Source: a bacterium
GTDB taxonomy: Bacteria; Electryoneota; Electryoneia; Electryoneales; Electryoneaceae
DNA: 64,000 nt
Direction: 5' to 3'
Assembly: GCA_963675295.2 (NCBI GenBank)
Contig: CAXXKJ010000002.1
Span: forward strand, 1,760,001-1,824,000
Each line of letters starts with the position of its first letter. Positions within the stretch are counted from its first letter, which is position 1. Below the pieces are notes generated by a model, which was not told where the DNA came from, made no database searches, and saw only the letters and a list, made by a program, of their open reading frames with translations. Shown one piece after another: positions 28,105 to 38,745 of this stretch. The position numbers were made by a program, and so were the translations under genes.

Positions 28105-30450
28105 TTATTTCAGCAATACAAGTTTCCGCTCGAAAGTTGTCACATTGCTTTCGTACCTCAGGAAGTAGGAGCCCGACGGCAGAGCGCACCCGTCGAACGC
28201 GATCTCATGCCTGCCGGGTTGACGCAGCCCATCCGTGAGCGTCGCGACATGCCGTCCGAGCACGTCAAACACGTGCAGCTTGACCGGTTGCGGTGAGTTG
28301 AGTGTGAACCGGATCGTGGTCGAGGCGTTGAACGGGTTCGGGTAAGCGGTCAGTAGCTCGTGGTCCGCCGGTTGCAGCGCCCACGGCTCGCCGACGCTTG
28401 TCTCCTCCATGTCGAGGTACACAAGCCCGACACCGCTGTCCACCCACAGCCGTTGACGGTAGGTGTCGTAACTGATGTTCGCAATTTGATTACTTTGGTT
28501 CGGCCACGGGTATTCCAGTTCCTGCTGTTGCCAGCTATGCCCCATGTCATACGACACCATAAGTCCGTTTATGTACACTGGATACATGTCCGCGACCAGG
28601 AACGTGTCTTCGTCCGTGATAACCAGGTCCCACGTGCTGATGTAGCCATCCAGCTCACTTCGCTGTTCCCACGAATCGTCAGGCAGAAATGCCCACAGGT
28701 ATTCCGGTGTGACAAGATACAGGGTGTCGGCGAGACTGATCATCGGTGGACCTGCATACTGCAGTTGGCTGGGCTGCGGAAATCCCTGTGGGAACCAGGT
28801 TGGTCCGATCGACCAGGAACGCACCAGCTCGCCTTCGGTCAAGTCAATCGCGTAATACTGGTCGCGATGTTGCCGGATGTGACCCATCCAGCCGGTGGTG
28901 ACTTCGATCGGATCCCACGTGTCGCCCATGTCATCCGACAGGTAGATAGTCTGCTGGAAGGTGTTGCCACCCAACAGCCGGACGTTGTCGTTCTCGACGA
29001 AGGCCTGGGTAAACGTAAAGCCTTCGCCAGCCTCAAAGACAGTTTCCGCGCTCTCTGTCCACGTATCCCCGCCATCGTCAGACCACTTGATGCTGATTGT
29101 TCGCTGCTCTGTGAGCAGGTCGCTGACACGCTTTGTGTATCCGACCATCCCCTCTGGAAGGGCGAATCCGTTAAGGTAAGTGTGACTGCCAAAGAGTGGA
29201 GGTTCGGTGATCTGAACGAATTCGGTCGAGCTGCCCGACGCGAACCAGATGTTGCCGTCAATCGAGTTGAACCAGAACCCGTCCGGCTGGGCGGGTGCTG
29301 AGTAACCGGATGCGGTGCGCACTCCCACTGGAGGACCGGGGATTTCCGTCCAACTAAGACCGAAATCGGTGGACCGGAACAGCCCTTGTTCGTTGAGGCC
29401 TATGTAGAGATGTCCGCTGAACGGGTTGCGATACAGGCACGTGCCCCATTGAGGCGCCTCAGGCAGACCGTTTTCGATCCGTGCCCACGTGCTGCCGGAA
29501 TCCTCGCTGATCCAGACACCGGACCGGTTTCTCGCCGTCAGGATCAGTCGTCCGGGTACCTCCGGCACGGCGATCAGCTCGTTTGCCAGCAGGTAGCCCG
29601 GCAGTCCCTGGTACGGAAGCCACTCCCAGGTCAGGCCATTGTTGGTGGAACGGATGAACTGCAGACTGGGTAGTGAGTTTTGCGGCCAAACCGTTGCGAT
29701 CAATGTGCCATCCGGCAGCCGGGTGAGGCTGTACACGTGTCCGCGTTCCACGCCGGTCATCGCTATCAGATCGACTATCCGATCCCAGGTACGCCCGCGG
29801 TCATAGCTGGCGATGATCCCGCCGGAGGGTTCCAATGTGTATGGATCTTCATCAGTCCAGCCGCCATACACTAAGACATTGTCGGGATTATCCGGATTGA
29901 CATACAAACCGTCTGCCGTGAAAATCAGAGGTTCGATGTCAGCGACCTGCCACCAGTGGCCGCCATCGCTGGACACCGCGAAACCATGCTGCGTTGCGCA
30001 GTAGATGCGTCCGGCAGGTTCACTCATGATTTTCCAGATACCGCCACCCGGTCCGGCCAGGGTGTCTGGCCAGAAGGGGTCCATGTCGAATGTCGACCAC
30101 GTCGCCCCGCCATTCTCCGTATGGTATTCCGGCTCAAATTCATTGGCGAAATAACAATTCAACTGGATGAATTCACCAGTCGGGTCCACAAAGTCGACGG
30201 ATGTAGCCTGCAACATGAACTCGTTGCTGATATACTGGTTGAAGGGTTCCCAGTTTTGCCCACCGTCCTGTGTCAACCAGTAACCGCCGCCCTGGAACGC
30301 CGCGATGATCTTATTGCCGGATGAGTCAGCGGCGATGCTTTCGGGCGCGGCTTGTCCATTGACGACAAATCCCCATTCCTCGGCGAAAGCTGCGGTTGAC
30401 AGCAACGTGATGAGCGTAATGCAAAGCAGGCCGGTCAGTGTGCGAATCAT
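28105..30450 (-). CDS. BNR/Asp-box repeat beta-propeller protein with T9SS type A CTD (paralog 2)
   Basis: Signal peptide (AFA-E); Asp-boxes; collinear with neighbours (IAADSSG, EPSGGI, NPFSGHLY, QRLWVDS); CTD. Confidence 0.88.
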   Translation of the reverse strand: MIRTLTGLLCITLITLLSTAAFAEEWGFVVNGQAAPESIAADSSGNKIIAAFQGGGYWLTQDGGQNWEPFNQYISNEFMLQATSVDFVDPTGEFIQLNCYFANEFEPEYHTENGGATWSTFDMDPFWPDTLAGPGGGIWKIMSEPAGRIYCATQHGFAVSSDGGHWWQVADIEPLIFTADGLYVNPDNPDNVLVYGGWTDEDPYTLEPSGGIIASYDRGRTWDRIVDLIAMTGVERGHVYSLTRLPDGTLIATVWPQNSLPSLQFIRSTNNGLTWEWLPYQGLPGYLLANELIAVPEVPGRLILTARNRSGVWISEDSGSTWARIENGLPEAPQWGTCLYRNPFSGHLYIGLNEQGLFRSTDFGLSWTEIPGPPVGVRTASGYSAPAQPDGFWFNSIDGNIWFASGSSTEFVQITEPPLFGSHTYLNGFALPEGMVGYTKRVSDLLTEQRTISIKWSDDGGDTWTESAETVFEAGEGFTFTQAFVENDNVRLLGGNTFQQTIYLSDDMGDTWDPIEVTTGWMGHIRQHRDQYYAIDLTEGELVRSWSIGPTWFPQGFPQPSQLQYAGPPMISLADTLYLVTPEYLWAFLPDDSWEQRSELDGYISTWDLVITDEDTFLVADMYPVYINGLMVSYDMGHSWQQQELEYPWPNQSNQIANISYDTYRQRLWVDSGVGLVYLDMEETSVGEPWALQPADHELLTAYPNPFNASTTIRFTLNSPQPVKLHVFDVLGRHVATLTDGLRQPGRHEIAFDGCALPSGSYFLRYESNVTTFERKLVLLK

Positions 30451-30546
30451 GGTTACCCCCAGTCAGCACCAGTCAATCCGATCAGTATCGGTTGCGGAAG
30501 CAATGTTTGACTATCGATTAAGACAATCACCAGCAATAGCTTCACA

Positions 30547-32925
30547 TCACTTGATCAACACCAGTTTCCGTTCCTCTGTCACCGATCCATGCTGGCAACG
30601 CAGGTAGTACGTTCCCGACGGATACCCCGCCGCGTCAAACATCAGCTGATGCTCTCCCGCTGGACGCAATCCGTCCGCGAGCGTCGCCACATGCCGCCCG
30701 AGCACGTCGAACACGTCCAGCTTGACCTGCTGCGGCGAGTCGAGCGCGAACCGAACGGTGGTGGACGCGTTGAACGGGTTCGGGTACGCGGTTAGCAGAT
30801 CGAACTCAGCCGGTTGCAGCACCCACGGATCGTGTACGGATCGTGTCGCGAAGTCGAGGTACGCCAGCCCGCTGCCCGTGTCCACCCATAACCGTTGCCG
30901 CCATGGATCCCAGCAGATTGCGGCGAACAGGCTGGTCTGGAACGGCCAGTCGAATTCGAGGTGCTGTTCCTGCCATGTGCGGCCGGTGTCGAACGAGACG
31001 ACCATATTCGAGTAGTAGTCCGCGTTCAAGGCAACTACGAAGGAATCGCTACTCGTGGTCACGTATTCCCAGTCCACGAACTCTGTGAAGAATTGGTCGA
31101 TCATCTGTCCGTGATCTTGCCAGCTCTGTGCGGGTGAACTGGAATAGCTGTGGTTGCGGTCATGGACGAGCAATGTGTCCCCGATGACGAGCGGGTATCG
31201 CGCAAAGGAACCGTAGTAGTCATCCGCCGGGACATTCATCGCCTCCCACGGCCCCCCGATTTCCCTGCTGCGGAAAAGATCGTCGTGTCCCCAGTCAACA
31301 AAGTAGAAGTAGTCCTGCTGATAAGAGATGTACCAGAAGTAGTGGCTGTCGTAGAAGTAAACGGTTTCCCAGGATTCGCCAAGATCGTAAGAAACGGCTA
31401 CGTGGTTGTTATCCCAATCGTCCTCACCGACCAGCATGATGGTTCCGTTGATCGGAAAGGCGTGGACATAGACAAAATCCTCGAACTCCGGCGGGGTATA
31501 GAGCGCTGACTCTGTCCACGTGGTGCCGCCATCCTCCGACAGCACGATCCGGTTGTCACCAGTTACCTGGCCCGGCGCGACCTCGCGTGCGAGATAGGCG
31601 ATCGACTGACCGGGCAAGGAGATCGGGGTCAGCAGCTGAAAGGTACCCTCCGGATGCGGACGGTCGATCTCGGTGAAGCTGGTTGAGGTGCCCTGTGCAA
31701 ACCATAAGCTACCGTCACGTCCGGCGTGCATCACACCGGCTTCGTCCGCAATCAGCTGGTCGCGTTCTTCACAATCGATCCCGACTGGCGGTCCGGGAAT
31801 CAGTTGCCACGTATCACCGTGATCCGTAGAGTGGAAAATCCCCTCACCGGCGGCGCTGAGGAACAGATCTCCGGAAGCAGGGTTACGCTGAATGTCACCA
31901 CACGCGATCGGTTTGTCCGCAAAGGGTCCGTCCGCCGGGAACCAGGTCAAGCCGTAATCGTCCGACTGCCAGACTCCCTTCACCGATGACCACGCCGATC
32001 TGCTGAAGAAATGGCTGTTCCCGAGGAACAGGCGTCCCGGGACTTCCGGCACCGCGCACAGCTGTGTCCAATAGGTATCGGGCAAGCCCTGCGAATAGAC
32101 CCAGCTCCAGGTTTGCCCGTCATCCTCCGACACCAGAAATTGTGGGGCATCGAGTGCCGAACCGTAGGTGTTAACCAGCAGCATCCAGTTGCCATTGTCG
32201 AGGATCTGGAAATCATAGACTCGAACGGAACTGATTCCCGGTGGGACGAGGTTCTCCAGCTCCGTCAGTCGCGTCCATGAGCCATTCTCGCCGCCCTGAT
32301 GGGAAACGGAGAGCCCGCCGAAGACCGGCGTATCATCGTGCCAGGAACCCCATATGAAGACGGTGTTGACATCGTCTGGATCGACATAGATACCGTTTGC
32401 GTTGGTGCCAACGTACGGCATGATGTTGACTTCAGTCCACGTCGAACCGTTATCGTCGCTATAGAAGAATCCCGGTGCCTGAGCGCAGTAGATCCGTCCA
32501 CCGGGTTGTCGTTGCATCGACATGTACCATTGGTTGGACTGCCAGTCGTCAATGTCGAGGCTGGTCCACGTGTGCCCGCCATCCTGACTCATCCAACCGA
32601 AATGGTCGAGATAGCGTGCGGTTCCGGTGACGAACAATGTGTCCGCCGCCGGATCGACCGCGGTCACCCATTGCGGGTAGTAGAAGAAATAATCGGGTTC
32701 AAGCAGCTCGTCGATCGGTGTCCACGTGGCACCGCCATCGTTGGTCAGCCAGTAGCCGCCAGGCCTGTAGGCCGCGAGGATACGCTGGCCGGTTTCGTCG
32801 ACCGCGAAGCTTTGCGGATATCCGTGGCTGGTTGTGGTGTAGTTCCAGGTTTGTGCGAGGGAAGTGCTGGCGCAGAGAAGCAGGACCAGCAGCGCAGTGA
32901 GTACAAACACGCGAGTGCGGTTCAT
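30547..32925 (-). CDS. BNR/Asp-box repeat beta-propeller protein with T9SS type A CTD (paralog 3)
   Basis: Signal peptide (SLA-Q); Asp-boxes; VPEVPGRL, QRLWVDTG; CTD PNPFN...ERKLVLIK. Confidence 0.88.
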   Translation of the reverse strand: MNRTRVFVLTALLVLLLCASTSLAQTWNYTTTSHGYPQSFAVDETGQRILAAYRPGGYWLTNDGGATWTPIDELLEPDYFFYYPQWVTAVDPAADTLFVTGTARYLDHFGWMSQDGGHTWTSLDIDDWQSNQWYMSMQRQPGGRIYCAQAPGFFYSDDNGSTWTEVNIMPYVGTNANGIYVDPDDVNTVFIWGSWHDDTPVFGGLSVSHQGGENGSWTRLTELENLVPPGISSVRVYDFQILDNGNWMLLVNTYGSALDAPQFLVSEDDGQTWSWVYSQGLPDTYWTQLCAVPEVPGRLFLGNSHFFSRSAWSSVKGVWQSDDYGLTWFPADGPFADKPIACGDIQRNPASGDLFLSAAGEGIFHSTDHGDTWQLIPGPPVGIDCEERDQLIADEAGVMHAGRDGSLWFAQGTSTSFTEIDRPHPEGTFQLLTPISLPGQSIAYLAREVAPGQVTGDNRIVLSEDGGTTWTESALYTPPEFEDFVYVHAFPINGTIMLVGEDDWDNNHVAVSYDLGESWETVYFYDSHYFWYISYQQDYFYFVDWGHDDLFRSREIGGPWEAMNVPADDYYGSFARYPLVIGDTLLVHDRNHSYSSSPAQSWQDHGQMIDQFFTEFVDWEYVTTSSDSFVVALNADYYSNMVVSFDTGRTWQEQHLEFDWPFQTSLFAAICWDPWRQRLWVDTGSGLAYLDFATRSVHDPWVLQPAEFDLLTAYPNPFNASTTVRFALDSPQQVKLDVFDVLGRHVATLADGLRPAGEHQLMFDAAGYPSGTYYLRCQHGSVTEERKLVLIK

Positions 32926-33168
32926 GACGGCCCCCCTAGTGGTAGGATTGATAGACTGGGATCACATACCCGACAGGAAAGCTACAGTCAAGAAACTGAC
33001 AATGCCAGTAAAAACGGTGGATTTGTAAAGTATTGCCGAGGATGGGTGGGGATGAAATACGAAAAGTACAGACAATCCTGAAGCTGGCAATCGGAAGGAG
33101 TTGAATGAAAAAGGGGGCACATTACATTCAACATGCCCCCAGTGAATACAGCCTATATAGCTTGCAGA

Positions 33169-36100
33169 TTACCGTCCCGGTGTCTCGTAGTTGAGCTTGC
33201 CGCGCACATCGCCGGGCTTCGGCTTCTGCGCTTCGGTGTCCGCCGCTTCGATCATCAGTTCGATGGCCTTGTCGAGCTGCGGGTCACGGTCGGCGATACG
33301 GTCAGCCGGTGTGTACGGAACCGGGAAATCCGGCACAGCGCCGCTGTTCATGCCGGGCGCTTCCTGGTTCTTGTTGTTGCGGGACGGATCGTTCTCGTCG
33401 CCCCATACATACCAGCCGCGGAATGGCATCCGGATCCAGCCGCCGTCCATCGTGGTCCAGCCGCCGGTGGAGATGACGTTGCCGCCGGTTTCCTCGCCGA
33501 CAACCGGCCCGCGGTCGATGGTCTTGATCGCGTGGCTGAAGATCTCGGCGTTGGAGTAGGAACCGGCGTTGCACAGCACCGCGATCGGTTTTTCCCAACG
33601 GTACATCGGGTAGCGCGGCTGCGGATAGCCGACCTCGCCGTTCCGGCCGATGGTGTAGGCGTGCACAGGCTGCGTCAGGATGGTCAGCAGCATGTCAGTG
33701 GTCCAACCGCCGCCGTTGTTGCGCACGTCGATGATGAGCGCATCCTTGTCGTCCGCGACGGCATACAGGTCACGTTCGAACAGCTCGACCTCAGCCCAGC
33801 CCATGCCTTCGATGTGAACATAACCGACGCGATCATCGGACATCTCTTCAGTGTGCTCCCGGAGAGTTTTCTCCATGTTCTCGTAGACCAGCGAGTGCAT
33901 CGCACGCCAGCCGATCGGGACGATCATGCCATCCATGTCGTCACCGTCACGCGTCCACGTGATCGAAGTCGGTACGCCTTCCTGATCCTCGAGCGCCATG
34001 AAGATGTTGGCGTCGCGGCCGACGTCCATGCCGTTGACCGTTTCGACGATGTCGCCGGGGAGCAGGGTCATGTCCGTTTCGTCCGCCGGACCTGCAGGCA
34101 ACACCCAGTTCACGCGGAGACCGTTGCCAGTATACCTCTTATCGAAATCAACGCCGATGAATCCGTCATCCGGGCCCTCGCCCTGCGGATCCCAGTCCGG
34201 GTAGTAGCCCATATGGGACGCGTTGAGTTCACCGAGCATGATGTTGACGACGTCCGCAAAGTCGTAATCGTGCACGACCTTGCCAGCCCACTCTTCGTAC
34301 TTCTCGCCCAGCTTGTCCCAATCAAGGCCGTGCATGTCTGGATCGTAGAACCAGTCACGGAGGATGCGGTTGCCTTCGTCCAGAACCTGCTCGCGCATGG
34401 CGACCTTGTCGATCTTGAGGCGGGCGTTGAAGTCGGTCGATTCGACCTTGCCGCCACCCATACCGACGTAGCTCGGCTTGCCGTTCTGCAGGAAGTAGAA
34501 GGTTTCATCGACGACGTTGAGGCTACTCGGCCGACCGCTGAAGACTTCCTCTTCCTCTTCGCCGAAACGGTTGACCGAATAGACGCTGCCATCACGCAGG
34601 TAGAAGATCTTATCGCCCTTTGGGTGCAATGCGACGGCGAACTCATCCAACGCGTCATTGGTCACACGGCGGGCACGCAGGTAGATGTCCTCGAGGTCGA
34701 TGTTGACGACGAATTCGGGCTCTTCGTCTTCCGCGTCTTCGTCATCCTCCTCGTCGTCGTCGTCCTTCTTTGCAGGCTTTTCGTCGCGCGTTTTCTCCCA
34801 GATTTCCCACTCTTCGCGGGTGCGTTCCGAGAGTTCCTCGGTCAGGTAGACGAAATAGACGTCGTACTGGTTGTCGTGACGGCGGGTGGTCCAGCTCAAC
34901 ATCGAACCATCATCCGACCAACCTGGGTCCATGTCGTTGTCCGGGTGCATCGAGACGTTAACCGCTTCGCCGCCCTTGGCCGGAATAATCCAGACGTCAG
35001 AGTTGAAGTTGCGATCTTCACGCGAATACGCGATCCAGTTGCCGTCCGGCGCCCAGGAATAAATCGGGGTGGACCAGCCTTCGAGCAGCGTGCGCTTGCC
35101 ACCGCCGTCATGATCCATGATCTTCAGGTCGGCGTTTCCGTGCGTGAAGGCGATCTCACTGCCGTCCGGCGACCACACCGGGTTCGACGCCGGGGTTTTG
35201 CCATCGGTCAGCTTGACGATCTTGTGCTTCTTCGCCTTGCGCAGGTTTGTCTCGTCTGGATCGTCGGAGATCAGCAGGCAGACGGTCTTCTCGCCAAATC
35301 GGTCGGTGACGAAGGCCAGCGTGTCGGCGCTGCCGTTGGGACGGAACGCCAGTTCTTCTTCACGGGACGGTCCCGGAATCGGCACCACCGCACGTCCGCC
35401 GAGATCCTTGTTGACGAGCACGATGTCGCCTTCGATCAACAGGGCGAATTCCTTGCCGTCGCTGGTGACGGTAAGGTCGTCCGCGCCACCGGTGAAGGTT
35501 TCGGTGGTGACGAGATTTTCGATCATGTCGGCGGCGACGTCGATTTCGAGCTCAAACGGTTCGCCGTCGGGGATGTTCATCACGTACAGGCCGGTGCCGA
35601 CTTCCATCACAAGGCGGGAACCGTTTCCGGCGAGGCTCGCCCAGCGGACACCGTCTTCCTTGAACTTGGTGATCGCCTGCTTGTGGGATCCATCCGGAGC
35701 CATCCGCCAAACATTACGGGTCTGGTTCTTGTCGGCGTCGCTGATCCAGTAGATCGATCCGTCCGGGGACACCATCGGACGGGTGTCGACACCGTCATGG
35801 GTGGTCAGCTGCACCGGGTCCGAGCCCGGCGCGTAGTTCCACAAGTCGCGCTGGTACGTTCCGCGATACCGCAGCCGGCCGAACTTCTCACGGCCTTCCG
35901 CGATGACGAAACCACCGTCGGGGCGCACGGCGATCTGGTTACCGAACATGTCCTCGAGCCGGAACGGTGTGCCACCGGTAGCCGGCATCATCTGAATCTG
36001 ACGGCCCATCGGGTAGTCGAACAGGCGGCTGGAGGCGAAGTACAGCGTCTTGCCATCGTTACTGAACGCGAACGGCTCGTCCGTGGTCGCGGCGAAGGTG

Positions 36101-36414
36101 AGCCGTGTCGGCACGCCGCCGGTCGCGGGCATGGTGTAGATGTCAAAGTCGCCGTGCCGGTCGGACATGAAGGCGATGGTGGTTCCGTCCGGGCTGAACA
36201 CCGGCTCCCGGTCGTAGGCCGGGTGGACGGTCAGGCGTGTCGCCATGCCGCCGTTCGAAGCCACACTCCACAGGTCGCCCTGGAATGAAAACACCACGGT
36301 GCTGCCGTCCGGACTGATGGCGGGGTACCGTGGCATGAAAGGTGCTGTGGCAAATGCCGATGTGGCGAAAACGATGAGTAACGTGAGGACAAGCCAGTTT
36401 CGTGTGCGTGTCAT
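33169..36414 (-). CDS. Tricorn-like S41 family peptidase (PD40 propellers, PDZ, S41)
   Basis: Signal peptide; PAISPDG/FSPDG repeats; MLGELNASHMG; IIDVRNNGGG; SYSNAEIFSHA. Confidence 0.93.
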   Translation of the reverse strand: MTRTRNWLVLTLLIVFATSAFATAPFMPRYPAISPDGSTVVFSFQGDLWSVASNGGMATRLTVHPAYDREPVFSPDGTTIAFMSDRHGDFDIYTMPATGGVPTRLTFAATTDEPFAFSNDGKTLYFASSRLFDYPMGRQIQMMPATGGTPFRLEDMFGNQIAVRPDGGFVIAEGREKFGRLRYRGTYQRDLWNYAPGSDPVQLTTHDGVDTRPMVSPDGSIYWISDADKNQTRNVWRMAPDGSHKQAITKFKEDGVRWASLAGNGSRLVMEVGTGLYVMNIPDGEPFELEIDVAADMIENLVTTETFTGGADDLTVTSDGKEFALLIEGDIVLVNKDLGGRAVVPIPGPSREEELAFRPNGSADTLAFVTDRFGEKTVCLLISDDPDETNLRKAKKHKIVKLTDGKTPASNPVWSPDGSEIAFTHGNADLKIMDHDGGGKRTLLEGWSTPIYSWAPDGNWIAYSREDRNFNSDVWIIPAKGGEAVNVSMHPDNDMDPGWSDDGSMLSWTTRRHDNQYDVYFVYLTEELSERTREEWEIWEKTRDEKPAKKDDDDEEDDEDAEDEEPEFVVNIDLEDIYLRARRVTNDALDEFAVALHPKGDKIFYLRDGSVYSVNRFGEEEEEVFSGRPSSLNVVDETFYFLQNGKPSYVGMGGGKVESTDFNARLKIDKVAMREQVLDEGNRILRDWFYDPDMHGLDWDKLGEKYEEWAGKVVHDYDFADVVNIMLGELNASHMGYYPDWDPQGEGPDDGFIGVDFDKRYTGNGLRVNWVLPAGPADETDMTLLPGDIVETVNGMDVGRDANIFMALEDQEGVPTSITWTRDGDDMDGMIVPIGWRAMHSLVYENMEKTLREHTEEMSDDRVGYVHIEGMGWAEVELFERDLYAVADDKDALIIDVRNNGGGWTTDMLLTILTQPVHAYTIGRNGEVGYPQPRYPMYRWEKPIAVLCNAGSYSNAEIFSHAIKTIDRGPVVGEETGGNVISTGGWTTMDGGWIRMPFRGWYVWGDENDPSRNNKNQEAPGMNSGAVPDFPVPYTPADRIADRDPQLDKAIELMIEAADTEAQKPKPGDVRGKLNYETPGR

Positions 36415-36640
36415 GAAGTCCGCTCCCTAGTAATCCATCTTTGGCAGGTATCAAGTGTGACGAAGTTAGCCCGCCCTCATACATCTCGCAAGCACTCCTT
36501 GGATGTGAAACAAGCTGCGGGTGTTGCTTGCGGGAGTCGGGCCTGTTGAGCCACATTCCCACCGTCGCTTCTCCGTTGAAAAAGCGGGTGGTTGACCGTC
36601 CAAACGTACGACAGACAAACCTGCAAGCAGGTTTCACGAT

Positions 36641-37366
36641 ATGGCTTTCACCCCAGAAACGCTGATTCCGTCCCTCCGAGAACGGATCCACGCACTGATC
36701 GACGCCGACTACGCAGCGTCCCTGCCAACGACCATGCCGGGGATGACGGTATACGACGGCGTCCGGGTTCCGGAACTGCGCGAGCTCGCCGGCAACGTGC
36801 GGCGGGAACAGGAACTGAAGATTCCCGACTGGATCCTGTACCTGAATCATGTCTTCCCGACCCACCACCGCGAGTTGATCCTGATCGGTTTGTATGGGCT
36901 CGACGGCCGCACCGGCGACCTCGACGACCTCTTCGGGGAGAAGTTGAGCGGCTGGGCGCGTCACCTCGACAACTGGGAGACGACGGACAACCTCGCCGTC
37001 GCGGCGGGACCGTGGGTGGCGGACGACCTCAGCCGGATCGGGTACCTTGAATCGTGGGCGGTGCGCGGCGAATCGTTGTGGAAGAAACGGCTCGCGGCGG
37101 CGTCAACGGTGTACCTCGCCCGGGCGGGGAAGGGAAACACGCATGCGTCGTTCAGGGTGCTGCGTCACCTGATGACCGCCGAGCAACCCGAGATCAAAAA
37201 GGCGGTGGGCTGGGCGATCCGTTCGCAGGAGGACGACGAGGCGGTCGAACGCTTCCTCGCGTGGTGGGCGCCACGGATTTCGCGCGGTCTGCTGACCGAT
37301 TGCGCGAAGAAGCTGTCCGAGGAAAGCCGGGAACGGTTGAAGCAGCTGGCGCACGAAGAAGCCTGA
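36641..37366 (+). CDS. DNA alkylation repair (AlkD-like HEAT repeat) protein
   Basis: GVRVPELRELA, LDNWETTD, LWKKRLA, IKKAVGWAIR. Confidence 0.85.
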   Translation: MAFTPETLIPSLRERIHALIDADYAASLPTTMPGMTVYDGVRVPELRELAGNVRREQELKIPDWILYLNHVFPTHHRELILIGLYGLDGRTGDLDDLFGEKLSGWARHLDNWETTDNLAVAAGPWVADDLSRIGYLESWAVRGESLWKKRLAAASTVYLARAGKGNTHASFRVLRHLMTAEQPEIKKAVGWAIRSQEDDEAVERFLAWWAPRISRGLLTDCAKKLSEESRERLKQLAHEEA

Positions 37367-37390
37367 TAGTCTAAAGACGATAGAAAACCC

Positions 37391-38677
37391 ATGTCATCAT
37401 CACTGCTGATCACAGACGCAACGCTGAACGACCAGCGTGTCAACATCTACTGCGAGGACGGCGTTATCGCCGCGATCGACCCGGTGGCTGCGAGCGTGAC
37501 ACGGAGTGCCGACTCCACCCTCGACGCGCGCGGCATGATCGCGTACCCGCCGCTGATCAACAGCCACACGCACGCCTCGATGACACTCTTCCGTGGCAAC
37601 GGCGACGACCTGCCGTTGATGGAATGGCTGGCGCAGCGGGTGTGGCCGTACGAGCGCGGCATCACGGTGGATGAAATCTACTGGGGCGCGAAGCTGGCCA
37701 TTGTTGAGATGATCCGCAACGGAACCGTCTTCTTCAACGACATGTACTGGGATTTCCACGCCGTCGCCAAAGCGGTGGAGGAGATGGGCGTGCGGGCGAT
37801 GATTGCGAGCGTGATCATCGACGTCAACGACGAACCGGCGAAACGGCAGAAGCACTGGGACCGCATCGAGCGTCAACACCAGGAAGTGGAACAGTACAGC
37901 GACCGGGTGCAGTTTGCCGTCGCGCCGCACGCGGTCTACACCGTGTCCGAGGAGAGTTACCGCTGGGTGGTGGATTTCTGCAAACGGACAGGCACAGTGC
38001 TGCACACGCACCTCTCCGAAACAGAGGGCGAGGTCGAGGGCTGCATCAAGGATCACGGCGGCCGTCCCGTCGAATACCTGCACCGGATCGGTGCGCTCGA
38101 GACAAACCTCGTCGCCGCGCACACCGTCTGGTTGACCGAATCCGACATCGCGTTGCTGGGTGAATACGGTGTCGTCTGCTCGCACAACCCGGTCAGCAAC
38201 ATGAAGCTGGCGGTGAATGGGGTGTACCCGTACCGCAAGTTGCAGGCATCCGGCGCGATCACGGCCATCGCCACCGACGGCGCGGGCTCGAACAACAGCC
38301 TCGACATGTTCCAGGATATGAAGATCGCGGCGTTGCTGCAGAAACTGACGGACAACGACACAACGTCGTTGAGCGCGCATGAGGTGCTCGACATGGCGAC
38401 GGACAATCCGGCGACGTTCTTCAATCTCGGCGGCAAGGACCTGGTCGTGGGCCGGCAGGCGGATCTGATTCTGATTGACCACAATCGGCCGGAGTTGAAC
38501 CCGCCGCACAGCCTGGCGTCCCACCTGGTGTACAGCGCGACGGGCAATGTTGTCGATTCGGTCGTCTGTGACGGCAAGGTGTTGATGGAACACCGCCATA
38601 TCGAGGGCGAGGAAGAAATCATCGCCAAAGCGAATGAAGCGGCGCGGGCATTGTTCGCGCGTGTGGATGACGCTTGA
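37391..38677 (+). CDS. Metal-dependent amidohydrolase (MTA/SAH deaminase-like)
   Basis: INSHTH, APHAVYT, HTHLSET, AAHTVW, HNPVSNMKLA, TDGAGSNNSLDMF. Confidence 0.9.
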   Translation: MSSSLLITDATLNDQRVNIYCEDGVIAAIDPVAASVTRSADSTLDARGMIAYPPLINSHTHASMTLFRGNGDDLPLMEWLAQRVWPYERGITVDEIYWGAKLAIVEMIRNGTVFFNDMYWDFHAVAKAVEEMGVRAMIASVIIDVNDEPAKRQKHWDRIERQHQEVEQYSDRVQFAVAPHAVYTVSEESYRWVVDFCKRTGTVLHTHLSETEGEVEGCIKDHGGRPVEYLHRIGALETNLVAAHTVWLTESDIALLGEYGVVCSHNPVSNMKLAVNGVYPYRKLQASGAITAIATDGAGSNNSLDMFQDMKIAALLQKLTDNDTTSLSAHEVLDMATDNPATFFNLGGKDLVVGRQADLILIDHNRPELNPPHSLASHLVYSATGNVVDSVVCDGKVLMEHRHIEGEEEIIAKANEAARALFARVDDA

Positions 38678-38745
38678 TGGGTTGATTCGGCCTGTTGCGG
38701 GATTCATATCGCGGAATCGGCGTTGTACCTTGCGGGGGGTGAAGG

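Noticed and set aside
23481-32925. Diversity-generating retroelement (TR/VR) explanation for the similar gene 3' ends
   Set aside because: Differences are mostly synonymous and not adenine-specific; both copies are coding; no reverse transcriptase seen
33133-36288. 1051-aa + strand ORF
   Set aside because: Antisense shadow of the S41 peptidase gene; no motifs, and typical of GC-rich codon bias
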